From a virus (taxonomy: Duplodnaviria; Heunggongvirae; Uroviricota; Caudoviricetes): a stretch of 64,000 nt of DNA. Below the pieces are notes generated by a model. It did no database searches and was not told where the DNA came from. It worked only from the letters and a program-made list of their open reading frames with translations. The DNA lies in the IMG/VR virus record IMGVR_UViG_3300010355_000975, one strand, 5' to 3'. The position numbers and the translations under genes were made by a program. Position 1 is the first letter of the stretch; each line of letters opens with the position of its first letter. This document shows, in pieces, positions 9,189 through 17,696 of the stretch.

Positions 9189-9599
9189 ATGGAAACACAA
9201 GAAAAAACTTTACTTTCAAAGAATCAACAAATTAAACTTTTAAAGAAAATTAATAATAAATTATCTAATATACTGGATAATATTAAATGGGAAAAGTTTT
9301 ATACCAATTATTTAAAAGAAAATATCAAAGAAGAAAAAGTTCATTTAAGAATGAAGCCCGAAGGCGTTATTCATGGATTAACGGCTTACGAAGGAGGACT
9401 TTTATTTGCTGTTCAACAAATCATTAATTATTTGACAGGCGAAAAGCCCCCTGGTGTGAAAGATTATTTATGGATGAGAAAAACAGTTTTTACAGCTTAT
9501 TCTATTGTGGCAAATTATGAAAAAGAAATTCGAGAAGCCTTAAAAGATATTGAATACCAAGAAGTTTTAAAAATGGACTATTGCGAATTAGTAAAATAA
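9189..9599 (+). CDS. hypothetical protein
   Basis: 136-aa ORF with RBS GGAGGGAAGAAAATG. Confidence 0.5.
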   Translation: METQEKTLLSKNQQIKLLKKINNKLSNILDNIKWEKFYTNYLKENIKEEKVHLRMKPEGVIHGLTAYEGGLLFAVQQIINYLTGEKPPGVKDYLWMRKTVFTAYSIVANYEKEIREALKDIEYQEVLKMDYCELVK

Positions 9600-9690
9600 T
9601 GAAAGGATTTTTTAAAATGATAAGAGAATGTAAAAGAAAATGCCCTTTACAATCTAATTGTAAAACAAGGAAATGAAAGGACGGTTTAAA

Positions 9691-9867
9691 ATGGATGAAT
9701 TTATCAATATTAATGATGTAAAAGAAAAGGATGTTTGCTTCATGCCAGCAAGGATTCAATTTAATAGTCTTGAAGAATTTAATCAATTTGAAAGAAACCA
9801 TAATGAGGTATTATCAAAAAGGCGGGACTGGTATTTCAACAGTAAAACCTTAAGAATGGTACAATAA
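9691..9867 (+). CDS. small hypothetical protein
   Basis: Internal Met with RBS AAAGGACGG. Confidence 0.4.
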   Translation: MDEFININDVKEKDVCFMPARIQFNSLEEFNQFERNHNEVLSKRRDWYFNSKTLRMVQ

Positions 9868-10076
9868 AAGGAGGTGTTCTAATGAACAAAATGGAAAGAA
9901 AATCTTTCAAATTTGATGTATATTTACAAGGAAAGCATATTGATACGGTTTTTTTCTAGTGATTGGTTTAAGGATTTTAAAACCTTAAAAGAAGTAAAAG
10001 AATCAATCAAAAAAGCACTTGTCAATCATGATGGATATAATCCTAATATAATCATAAAATAAAGGAAGGTGACAAG

Positions 10077-10259
10077 ATGAAAAAAGTTATTGAAGTAAAT
10101 AATATAGGCAATTTTGAATTTTGGGTGAATTGTTTTAAACCGCGCACAAAAAAATATCAAAGGGAAACATTAAGTCGGTTAAAAAAGGAAGTTTCACCCT
10201 TTGAAACACTAGAAGAAAATCAGGACAAAATCAAAGCATTAAAATTTTTACTACAATAA
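10077..10259 (+). CDS. small hypothetical protein
   Basis: RBS AAGGAAGGTGA upstream. Confidence 0.45.
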   Translation: MKKVIEVNNIGNFEFWVNCFKPRTKKYQRETLSRLKKEVSPFETLEENQDKIKALKFLLQ

Positions 10260-10270
10260 AGGCGGTGATT

Positions 10271-10360
10271 ATGCAAAGGCTTATTTGTCGCTGGTGTGGT
10301 CATATTCGTTATTATACCCGTTGTTTTGGTTGGCGGTGTATGTGCGATATACAGCAATAA
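10271..10360 (+). CDS. Cys-rich micro-protein (29 aa, MQRLICRWCGHIRYYTRCFGWRCMCDIQQ)
   Basis: RBS AAAGGCGGTGA 4 nt upstream of ATG. Confidence 0.3.
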   Translation: MQRLICRWCGHIRYYTRCFGWRCMCDIQQ

Positions 10361-10463
10361 AAGAAAGGGGAAAGCATGGATAATTTAATGAGGGCTATTT
10401 TATCACAAAGGGAAGATAAACAAGAGGAATAAAAAAGGGGTGTAATATGGAAAAATTGATAGT

Positions 10464-10604
10464 ATGATGCCGGATTTAATACAAGTAATTGCCAAAGACT
10501 GTTTAAGATTATTGGATAGTGGATCATTAAATATAAGTGATTATGAAAATGATTATAAATTGCCAAAAAAAACTTTTAAAGGAAAAAAGGATGGCAAACA
10601 ATGA
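10464..10604 (+). CDS. small hypothetical protein (46 aa)
   Basis: ATGATG start. ATGA overlap with the next gene. Confidence 0.3.
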   Translation: MMPDLIQVIAKDCLRLLDSGSLNISDYENDYKLPKKTFKGKKDGKQ

Positions 10605-11203
10605 GAACAGAAACAAGAAATATTTATACCTTCAACGAATTATCAAAAGAAGCGAAAGAAAAAGCGATTGAACAATATAGAAAAGATCATTGTCAAGATG
10701 AAATTTTCTGGGCTAATGAAACATTGGACAGTTTAAAGGGACTATTTAAAAATTGTGATGGTGTTTCATTGAAAGATTATTCTTTAGGTGAATACAATTC
10801 ATATATCAAAATATCCTTTACCAACGAAGAAGCAGAAAATCTTTCTGGCAAGCGGGCCTTTGCATGGATCGAAAATAATCTTTTGTCTAATATCCGTATT
10901 CCAGAAAATAGCTTTTCGCTTAATGGCACAAGACGAAAACTAGCGCAATATGGACAATATTATAGGGCCGGAATGATTAAACCTTGTCCATTTACGGGTT
11001 ATTGTGCCGATGATGATTTTCTTGCATCTTTGTTAAATGATATTAAAGACGGAACAGACTTAAAAACGGCGTTTGAAGGCTTAGCAACAGAATATCAAAA
11101 AATCATTAATGATGAAATTGAATATCAAAACAGCGATGAATATATTTCTGAACAATTAGAAATTAATGATTATGAATTTGACGAAGAAGGCAATTTAATA
11201 TAA
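10601..11203 (+). CDS. hypothetical protein with strongly acidic C-terminus
   Basis: RBS AAAAAGGATGG upstream. C-terminal 'EIEYQNSDEYISEQLEINDYEFDEEGNLI' could be a DNA-mimic or anti-restriction-like tail. That reading is speculative. Confidence 0.5.
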   Translation: MRTETRNIYTFNELSKEAKEKAIEQYRKDHCQDEIFWANETLDSLKGLFKNCDGVSLKDYSLGEYNSYIKISFTNEEAENLSGKRAFAWIENNLLSNIRIPENSFSLNGTRRKLAQYGQYYRAGMIKPCPFTGYCADDDFLASLLNDIKDGTDLKTAFEGLATEYQKIINDEIEYQNSDEYISEQLEINDYEFDEEGNLI

Positions 11204-11221
11204 TAGAAAGGAAAATACAAA

Positions 11222-11377
11222 ATGATAACAGAAATAGAATGTGAATGTGGAAAGAAATTGTCAATAGAAGAAATTTTATTAAATGAACGAATAGCAAAAG
11301 ACGCAAAAATATTACCAGTAAATCTATGTGAAAATTGTTGGTATGATTATTGTAATCACGCAATAACAGGAGAATAG
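11222..11377 (+). CDS. small zinc-ribbon protein (CECG...CENCWYDYC)
   Basis: Hand translation with RBS GGAAAATACAAAATG. Confidence 0.4.
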   Translation: MITEIECECGKKLSIEEILLNERIAKDAKILPVNLCENCWYDYCNHAITGE

Positions 11378-11551
11378 TTAATATGCAAATAACTAAAATG
11401 GTAATAATCCAGAGGACAACAATTTTTCAATCATTAATTTAACCGCCGGAAAATTGGAAGCATTAAAACGGTTATTAATATCAGCAGAAGCAAAAACTAT
11501 TTTACAGAAGGAAATGAAGGAAGGATTAATTAATTTAATAAAGGAGGCAAT

Positions 11552-11728
11552 ATGAATCCCTTTATTCCATTTCATAATATTACCCCATTAGAAAGCATGA
11601 TGATACAAATAAAAGAGGACGGTCAGGCCGAAACTTGGCAATTTATCGAATCAATTAATAATCCATTACACCGGGCAGAGGCTAGAAAATTATTTGCTCA
11701 AGCAATTAAAAAATTGGAGGAAAATTAA
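11552..11728 (+). CDS. small hypothetical protein (58 aa)
   Basis: RBS AAAGGAGGCAATATG. Confidence 0.4.
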   Translation: MNPFIPFHNITPLESMMIQIKEDGQAETWQFIESINNPLHRAEARKLFAQAIKKLEEN

Positions 11729-12036
11729 GATGGCCAGTGATGAACAATGGGAAATATGGTATAGAGAAAATTGTCAAAGAGATTTTGAAAGAAAAATTTA
11801 TGCACAATGTGATAAGGAGGGAAATTAAAATGGAATTTAAAATTAATTTTAGGCATCCTGTTGAATTTATTAATCAATGGAAATATAATCCAATATAAAA
11901 AAAAGTTAGAGCATTTTTTATATGGTTCTTTTGGTGTTGGAAAGACGATTATACATATGTTTGTGTTTTTTATGGTATTAGGATTTTTGGATTTGAATTT
12001 GTGATAACAAAATATTAATGTTGAAAGGAAAATTAA

Positions 12037-12228
12037 ATGCAATCTTTTACAGAACAAATAGGAGTAAGATTCTATTGTATCAGAAATAAACAAGGAGATT
12101 ATTGGTCAAATGATTTTGGGTGGATGGAATTGATTAATGAAGCAGAGGAATTTCCAATATCCATATTTACCGAGGAAGAAAAAAATAAATTTAATTTGCC
12201 AATAGAAGGTTTTTGGGAAATATTCTAA
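12037..12228 (+). CDS. small hypothetical protein
   Basis: RBS GAAAGGAAAATTAAATG. Confidence 0.4.
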   Translation: MQSFTEQIGVRFYCIRNKQGDYWSNDFGWMELINEAEEFPISIFTEEEKNKFNLPIEGFWEIF

Positions 12229-12305
12229 TATCCCTCTTGCAAAATGCTTCAATATGTGTTATACTTAGGGCAAATAAATCAGTGTTATTAAATAAGGAGA
12301 AAAAC

Positions 12306-13091
12306 ATGCTTAAAATTTACTTACAAAATTTAAAAGATTTTAGTTGGGAATTACATGAGGGAACTTTTGAAAAGTTAAAAGATGAATTTATAAAAAGAGA
12401 AATAAAAATATCTTTTAAAAGTAATATTTCTTTATATGTAAAAATTGGGTATGGGGCAAGTGTTGGGTATGGGGCAAGTGTTGGGTATGGGGCAAGTGTT
12501 GGGAATAGGGCAAGTGTTGGGGATGGGGCAAGTGTTGGGTATGGGGCAAGTGTTGGGAATAGGGCAAGTGTTGGGGATGGGTCAAGTGTTGGGTATGGGG
12601 CAAGTGTTGGGGATGGGGCAAGTGTTGGGAATAGGGCAAGTGTTGGGGATGGGGCAAGTGTTGGGGATGGGGCAAGTGTTGGGAATAGGGTAAGTGTTGG
12701 GGATGGGGCAAGTGTTGTAAAAAATGCAAAATTACAAAAATCCATGGTTGATAATATCGTCCAATATATTGGCAAAACATTAAATGTTTATCCAATAAAT
12801 AATAAATATATTTTTTATAAAAGAGTTAATAAAATATCAAAAGAAAAATATTCATCGTGTTATGATCCAAAGTTTATTTATGAAGTCGGAAAAATAGCAA
12901 AAGTTAAAAATGCCGATTTAGATATTAAAAAATCATGTTCAGCAGGAATACATGTATCAACGCCATTTTACTGGACAGAGGGTGATACTTTAATTGCCGT
13001 TGAGGTAAATAAAAATGATATTATCACTTGTTTAGAAGGCAAAATCAGATGTAAAAAAGTTAAAGTTATTGGTGAAATTAAAATAGATTAA
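12306..13091 (+). CDS. heptapeptide (GxGASVG) repeat protein with distinct C-terminal domain
   Basis: RBS AAGGAGAAAAACATG. ~13 tandem 7-aa repeats (GYGASVG/NRASVGD/GASVGD) encoded by 21-bp DNA repeats. The C-terminal ~120 aa is non-repetitive. Confidence 0.55.
   Translation: MLKIYLQNLKDFSWELHEGTFEKLKDEFIKREIKISFKSNISLYVKIGYGASVGYGASVGYGASVGNRASVGDGASVGYGASVGNRASVGDGSSVGYGASVGDGASVGNRASVGDGASVGDGASVGNRVSVGDGASVVKNAKLQKSMVDNIVQYIGKTLNVYPINNKYIFYKRVNKISKEKYSSCYDPKFIYEVGKIAKVKNADLDIKKSCSAGIHVSTPFYWTEGDTLIAVEVNKNDIITCLEGKIRCKKVKVIGEIKID
12445..12715 (+). repeat. 21-bp tandem repeat (~13 copies, gggtatggggcaagtgttg-like) inside the CDS
   Basis: Seen directly. Copies differ at 1-3 positions. Confidence 0.85.
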
Positions 13092-13114
13092 CAATTTTAA
13101 AATAGGAGGATAAA

Positions 13115-14200
13115 ATGTGTCATACTTTTTCAGGTGAGGTGTCTTTTGATAAAGGCAAGGATTTTGGAACAGTTTATTTTATAACAGGAGTTCATCATGA
13201 GGAAGATTTAAAACAAATTCCTCACGAAAATCTTTTATGTTGGGAATCAAATGCCGTTGGAACATTTGAAAAAGGTATAAGGTTTACACACGATTGCGGC
13301 AAAGATGTGTCAGGAGTTGTTAAAAAGGAATTAGAAAAATTAGTCTTGGAATGGGCAGGAAAGCAAGATGTTGAAAAATTGTTGGAAAAAATAGCAGTGG
13401 AAGATAGTGCTTGGAGTGTGCGGTTGGAGGCTGTGGGAAAAATCACTAATGAAACGCTGTTGGAAAAAATAGCAGTGGAAGATAGTGCTTGGAGTGTGCG
13501 GTTGGAGGCTGTGGGAAAAATCACTAATGAAACGCTGTTGGAAAAAATAGCTGTGGAAGATAGTGCTTGGAGTGTGCGGTTGGAGGCTGTGGGAAAAATC
13601 ACTAATGAAACGCTGTTGGAAAAAATAGCAGTGGAAGACAATAATTGTGATGTTCGGGCGGAGGCTGTGGGAAAAATCACTAATGAAACGCTGTTGGAAA
13701 AAATAGCAGTGGAAGATAGTGCTTGGAGTGTGCGGTTGGAGGCTGTGGGAAAAATCACTAATGAAACGCTGTTGGAAAAAATAGCTGTGGAAGATAGTGC
13801 TTGGAGTGTGCGGTTGGAGGCTGTGGGAAAAATCACTAATGAAACGCTGTTGGAAAAAATAGCAGTGGAAGACAATAATTGTGATGTTCGGGCGGAGGCT
13901 GTGGGAAAAATCACTAATGAAACGCTGTTGGAAAAAATAGCAGTGGAAGATAGTGCTTGGAGTGTGCGGTTGGAGGCTGTGGGAAAAATCACTAATGAAA
14001 CGCTGTTGGAAAAAATAGCAGTGGAAGATAGTGATTGTGATGTTCGGGTGGAGGCTGTGAAAAAAATTACCAATGAAACGCTGTTGGAAAAAATAGCAGT
14101 GGAAGATAGTGATCGTGATGTTCGGTTTGCGGCTAAACACCAATTGAAAACAATAGTAAAGAATATTTTAAATGATTTATTAAATCTTTTTGATTTTTGA
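13115..14200 (+). CDS. HEAT-like (PBS-lyase type) repeat protein
   Basis: Nine 26-aa repeats 'LLEKIAVEDSAWSVRLEAVGKITNET'. The D..W.VR..A...G.I pattern matches PBS-lyase HEAT repeats. Confidence 0.6.
   Translation: MCHTFSGEVSFDKGKDFGTVYFITGVHHEEDLKQIPHENLLCWESNAVGTFEKGIRFTHDCGKDVSGVVKKELEKLVLEWAGKQDVEKLLEKIAVEDSAWSVRLEAVGKITNETLLEKIAVEDSAWSVRLEAVGKITNETLLEKIAVEDSAWSVRLEAVGKITNETLLEKIAVEDNNCDVRAEAVGKITNETLLEKIAVEDSAWSVRLEAVGKITNETLLEKIAVEDSAWSVRLEAVGKITNETLLEKIAVEDNNCDVRAEAVGKITNETLLEKIAVEDSAWSVRLEAVGKITNETLLEKIAVEDSDCDVRVEAVKKITNETLLEKIAVEDSDRDVRFAAKHQLKTIVKNILNDLLNLFDF
13381..14100 (+). repeat. 78-bp tandem repeat (~9 near-identical copies) inside the CDS
   Basis: Seen directly. Two alternating variants (AVEDSAWSVRLE and AVEDNNCDVRAE). 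Confidence 0.85.
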
Positions 14201-14236
14201 AATTAATGTTGCAAATGAATTATTAAAGGATAAAGA

Positions 14237-14479
14237 ATGACCTCCTCAACCAGATATTTTATTAATCGAAGTTGCCGACATAAAAATAAATACCCTTCTT
14301 TAAAAAAGGCATTAATTTATTTATTTAAAAGTAGACAAAGAGATAACACTGTAAATAGTTGTTATAAATGTGTGGTTTGTGGTTTTTGGCATTTAGGACA
14401 TTATCCAGTAAACCATAGATCAAGATTAAGATGTATGATTAAAAAATATTTAAAAGAAAGGAAGAAAAATTATATGTAA
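14237..14479 (+). CDS. hypothetical Cys-containing basic protein
   Basis: ORF 'CYKCVVCGFWHLGHYP'. Weak RBS. Confidence 0.3.
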   Translation: MTSSTRYFINRSCRHKNKYPSLKKALIYLFKSRQRDNTVNSCYKCVVCGFWHLGHYPVNHRSRLRCMIKKYLKERKKNYM

Positions 14480-14560
14480 TAGTATTGGCGAATATGTTAG
14501 ATATGCAGAAAAAATTATTGAAAACATAAAGAAATAATTAATAGTTAAAAGGAGAAAGAA

Positions 14561-14734
14561 ATGAGAAAATATAATATTGATGATTTAGAGGCGGCTTTAA
14601 TTGATCTTTTGGATGGGCAAAGCTGTTGGTATAAAATTCAAGAAGCGACCGGATTATCGGCAGAACGAAGTCAGGAAATTGAAGATATTTATATACACTC
14701 ATATAAATTATATAAAAGACGGCATAATATATAA
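14561..14734 (+). CDS. small hypothetical protein (57 aa)
   Basis: RBS AAAAGGAGAAAGAAATG. Frame checked by hand. Confidence 0.35.
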   Translation: MRKYNIDDLEAALIDLLDGQSCWYKIQEATGLSAERSQEIEDIYIHSYKLYKRRHNI

Positions 14735-14761
14735 TCAATAGTTAAAAGAAAGGAAGAATAC

Positions 14762-15001
14762 ATGTATGTAAATTTATTTGATTTAGAAATTTGTGAAGGA
14801 GTCAAGATTTGTGATTCTGTACCAGTAAGAGAAGCGGTTAGACAAATGAGAAAAGAAGGGAGAGTTGAAAAGGTTGGTGAAGATGAAATTTATAATGATT
14901 TTGGCGTATTTCTTTTAAAAATGTATAAAATAGCAAAGGCATTAGATAAAAAAAGAAATTCAAATTATTTAGGAGAAGAAAATGATAATGTTACTAATTG
15001 A
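14762..15001 (+). CDS. hypothetical protein
   Basis: RBS AAAGGAAGAATACATG. Confidence 0.4.
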   Translation: MYVNLFDLEICEGVKICDSVPVREAVRQMRKEGRVEKVGEDEIYNDFGVFLLKMYKIAKALDKKRNSNYLGEENDNVTN

Positions 15002-15797
15002 ATTTAAAAATTATTTATCCAGAGAATATCCACAATCAAAAACGGGATTGAATTATTTAGAGAGATTAAATAATTTCTTTTCAAAATATCCAGAATTTAA
15101 TCAAAGTAATGTAGATGAGTATTTGACTAATTTGGCTAATGAAAATAAATTAAATGCTCAAAAAATGGCGATGTATGCTTTTCGGGCATATGCTAAAATG
15201 GCAGGTATTGATATTAAATTTGGAAAAGTGCCTCGTATCTATAAACCAGATAGAGATACCTTAACATTTAAAGAAATTGAGAATGAAATCATTCCATATT
15301 TTCCAACTCTCTTCGAGGAAAATTGTGAGAAATGTATTTTTCTGTTTCGTTTTATGGTTTTAAGTATGTTGCGAATTTCAGAAATTCTTGCTTTAAAAAA
15401 CGAGGATTTTTTATTTGATGAAAGAATTATTCGAGTTGTTTGTGGCAAGGGAAGAAAGAATCGAAATGTGCCTATTCATAACAAAATTAAATCTGAATTA
15501 CAGAATTATGTCAATCAATCAACATCAGATTTTGTGTTTGAAAATGATAAAGGATTTATTACTAACATTATTGATGTTATAAATAATAAGTTGAGGTATA
15601 AAAAACATTTAACACCTCATTTATTACGTCATGCCGGGGCAAAAGAGTATTACAAGCAGACAAAAGACATCGAGGCAATAAGCAAAATTTTAGGACACGC
15701 CAACTTGAATACTACACAAACCTATATTGCTTATAACATAGATGATGTGAAGGAATCATTTAAAAACTTTAAATATCCAACAAGGAGAAAGAAATGA
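14982..15797 (+). CDS. int: tyrosine recombinase / phage integrase
   Basis: C-terminal catalytic signature 'HLLRHAGAKEYY...ILGHANLNTTQTYIAY' (R..H..R...Y). Confidence 0.8.
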   Translation: MIMLLIEFKNYLSREYPQSKTGLNYLERLNNFFSKYPEFNQSNVDEYLTNLANENKLNAQKMAMYAFRAYAKMAGIDIKFGKVPRIYKPDRDTLTFKEIENEIIPYFPTLFEENCEKCIFLFRFMVLSMLRISEILALKNEDFLFDERIIRVVCGKGRKNRNVPIHNKIKSELQNYVNQSTSDFVFENDKGFITNIIDVINNKLRYKKHLTPHLLRHAGAKEYYKQTKDIEAISKILGHANLNTTQTYIAYNIDDVKESFKNFKYPTRRKK

Positions 15798-16078
15798 ATA
15801 AAAAATTAAAATTTGTTTCTTATGACGGGAAATATCCAAGTTTATGTTCAGGAACATTGATTATGGAATTAGATGAAAAAAATATTATCTTTCCCGATTA
15901 TTGTTTATCAAGTGGAGGAAGTGCTTGTGTTACAGAAGAATTGGAGAAAATGGTTGAAATTGGTGAATGGACAATTAATGACTTTCCAGAAAATTTTCCA
16001 GAAGAATTAAAAGAATATGCTAATTTGTTAGTAAATGAAAATATTGAGTATGGATGTTGTGGAGGATGTCTATACTGA
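15794..16078 (+). CDS. hypothetical protein (C-terminal CCGGC)
   Basis: ORF with 4-nt overlap with int. Confidence 0.45.
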   Translation: MNKKLKFVSYDGKYPSLCSGTLIMELDEKNIIFPDYCLSSGGSACVTEELEKMVEIGEWTINDFPENFPEELKEYANLLVNENIEYGCCGGCLY

Positions 16079-16155
16079 ACTGGAATGAAAAAGAAAATAG
16101 TTATCAAAATTTATAAAGTATTATATGAAATTAATCAGAATTAAGGAGAATAAAA

Positions 16156-16440
16156 ATGAATGCAGATTTTAGTTTGGATGAATTACAAGATAGAATTGAA
16201 AATATTTTAATTAATAATGATCAAAGTTATTTAGGATGCCGAATTCAACAAGTATTTAAAGACGGTGAATTAACATTTTTTATTTATTGGTTTGATGAAA
16301 ATGATTTTGTCAAGAATGTTGGATTTTCATTTCCTTATTCTGATATTTTACAATCAAACATTAATTTGGCAGATAGAATTTGCGATTTATTAGATAAAGA
16401 ATTAAAGTTAAAGAATGAGGTGAGAAATGAACTGGAATGA
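16156..16440 (+). CDS. hypothetical protein
   Basis: RBS AAGGAGAATAAAAATG. Confidence 0.45.
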   Translation: MNADFSLDELQDRIENILINNDQSYLGCRIQQVFKDGELTFFIYWFDENDFVKNVGFSFPYSDILQSNINLADRICDLLDKELKLKNEVRNELE

Positions 16441-16993
16441 AAAAATTAAATCTCTTTCTAAATTTGCATCAATAGCATTTATTTATAGTTTTTTAGGTTC
16501 TTTAGGTGGTTCAAAGAATTCTCAAAAAGCAATTAGGCGTTATGGGATTCCAAGTATTACTTTTTTTCTTGTCTTTATAAAAACAATTAATTTATTTCCC
16601 GAAAATTTGTGGTTATTGACCATTTTTTCAATGGTCAGTGTATTATCTCTTGGGTATGGTCGTGTGACCGATGATGATCCAAAACCAAGTTGTTTAGGTG
16701 TATTTTATAATAAATTATTTCCAAATAAACCAACTATTCAAGATTGTATGATTCGTGACACAGTTGGTTTATTAATGTGTGTTTCTTTATTATCTATTCC
16801 ATGTATTTTAAATAATTGGGTATCTTATTTTCTTAGTTGTTTTATTATAATGCTTGGTTATACTATTGTTTCATGGCGTCCATTAGGCACATTGATTATA
16901 GGCACGTATGAAATATGTTATTCTGATGTAATAAATTATGGATTAATTGGTACAGCAATTAATTTAATGGTTTTCACAAATTTTGGAGGATAA
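16427..16993 (+). CDS. integral membrane protein (4-5 predicted TM segments)
   Basis: Hydrophobic stretches 'SITFFLVFIKTINLF', 'LLTIFSMVSVLSLGYG', 'LLMCVSLLSIPCIL', 'YFLSCFIIMLGYTIV'. Confidence 0.5.
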   Translation: MNWNEKIKSLSKFASIAFIYSFLGSLGGSKNSQKAIRRYGIPSITFFLVFIKTINLFPENLWLLTIFSMVSVLSLGYGRVTDDDPKPSCLGVFYNKLFPNKPTIQDCMIRDTVGLLMCVSLLSIPCILNNWVSYFLSCFIIMLGYTIVSWRPLGTLIIGTYEICYSDVINYGLIGTAINLMVFTNFGG

Positions 16994-17267
16994 AATGAAC
17001 TCATTATGGCAAATAACAATTGATGATTATTTAAAAGTGATAGAAATTTCTCAAGAAATGGGTATAAAGCCGGGCGAAAGTATGGAAGAAGTATTCCTTG
17101 CATACATGAAAGTAAAAAATCAAAAGCCCATTGCAACAAATGAATTAACAAAAGAAGAATTAATTAAAGAAATTGTTTCGCATAATAAAAAATTGTTACA
17201 AATTGAAGTAGATAATGAAGGAAAAACAAAATACGTTTTTTGTAAACAGCTTGACAACGAAGAATAG
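16983..17267 (+). CDS. hypothetical protein
   Basis: ORF. Confidence 0.45.
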   Translation: MEDKMNSLWQITIDDYLKVIEISQEMGIKPGESMEEVFLAYMKVKNQKPIATNELTKEELIKEIVSHNKKLLQIEVDNEGKTKYVFCKQLDNEE

Positions 17268-17280
17268 ATTGTGGTATACT
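17251..17280 (+). promoter_or_regulatory. promoter TTGACA-N18-TATACTTTA (family member 1)
   Basis: ttgacaacgaagaatagattgtggTATACTtta. Confidence 0.55.
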
Positions 17281-17522
17281 TTAAGTGAAAAATAAGAGGC
17301 AAATCCCCTGTTTACAATTTTAAAGGGTATTATAGTGAAAAATTGCGCTGATTAGCTAACGAAACTAATCTTATGCTAGATGATATTGAATTAGTAAATA
17401 TTTTCTAGCCGATATTTACAAATGATTAAGACGGTGAAGGTTTTTTAATCTTCATCGTTGAAAGCGGAACAAAGGCCACAAATTGACTGCCAAAATCCGC
17501 ACTTTTTAAAGGAGAATAAAAA

Positions 17523-17681
17523 ATGTCTAAGGTCGATTTTTATATTGAAAAAAGAGCGGGATGGGATCATTATTTAAATGATTCTTTAGAATTAATGGAT
17601 CGAAATGGAGAACCAATTACTATTAGATTTTTACAATCATATGATGGATGTGAGTATACAATAGATATTGTTGAAAGATAA
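17523..17681 (+). CDS. small hypothetical protein (52 aa)
   Basis: RBS AAAGGAGAATAAAAAATG. Preceded by a ~240-nt leader. Confidence 0.35.
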   Translation: MSKVDFYIEKRAGWDHYLNDSLELMDRNGEPITIRFLQSYDGCEYTIDIVER

Positions 17682-17696
17682 AGGAGAATGAATTAA

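Noticed and set aside
12445-12715. Possible CRISPR array (short regular direct repeats)
   Set aside because: The repeats are contiguous with no spacers and the period is 21 bp. They are in frame, coding for a heptapeptide repeat.
12317-12795. Long ORFs on the minus strand and in alternate plus frames across the 21-bp repeat array (12317..12775-, 12415..12795-, 12445..12693+)
   Set aside because: They are reading-frame echoes of a perfect tandem repeat. They have no RBS and are fully nested in the repeat protein gene.
13222-14143. Minus-strand ORFs 13222..14073 and 13340..14143 across the 78-bp repeat array
   Set aside because: Same artifact. The repeated low-complexity translation has no start context, and the plus-strand HEAT-repeat protein has a proper RBS and N- and C-terminal non-repeat domains.
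14200-14560. attP next to the integrase (searched for a match to the 3' end of the tRNA-like gene or an obvious direct repeat)
   Set aside because: I could see none by eye. This cannot be excluded without host sequence.
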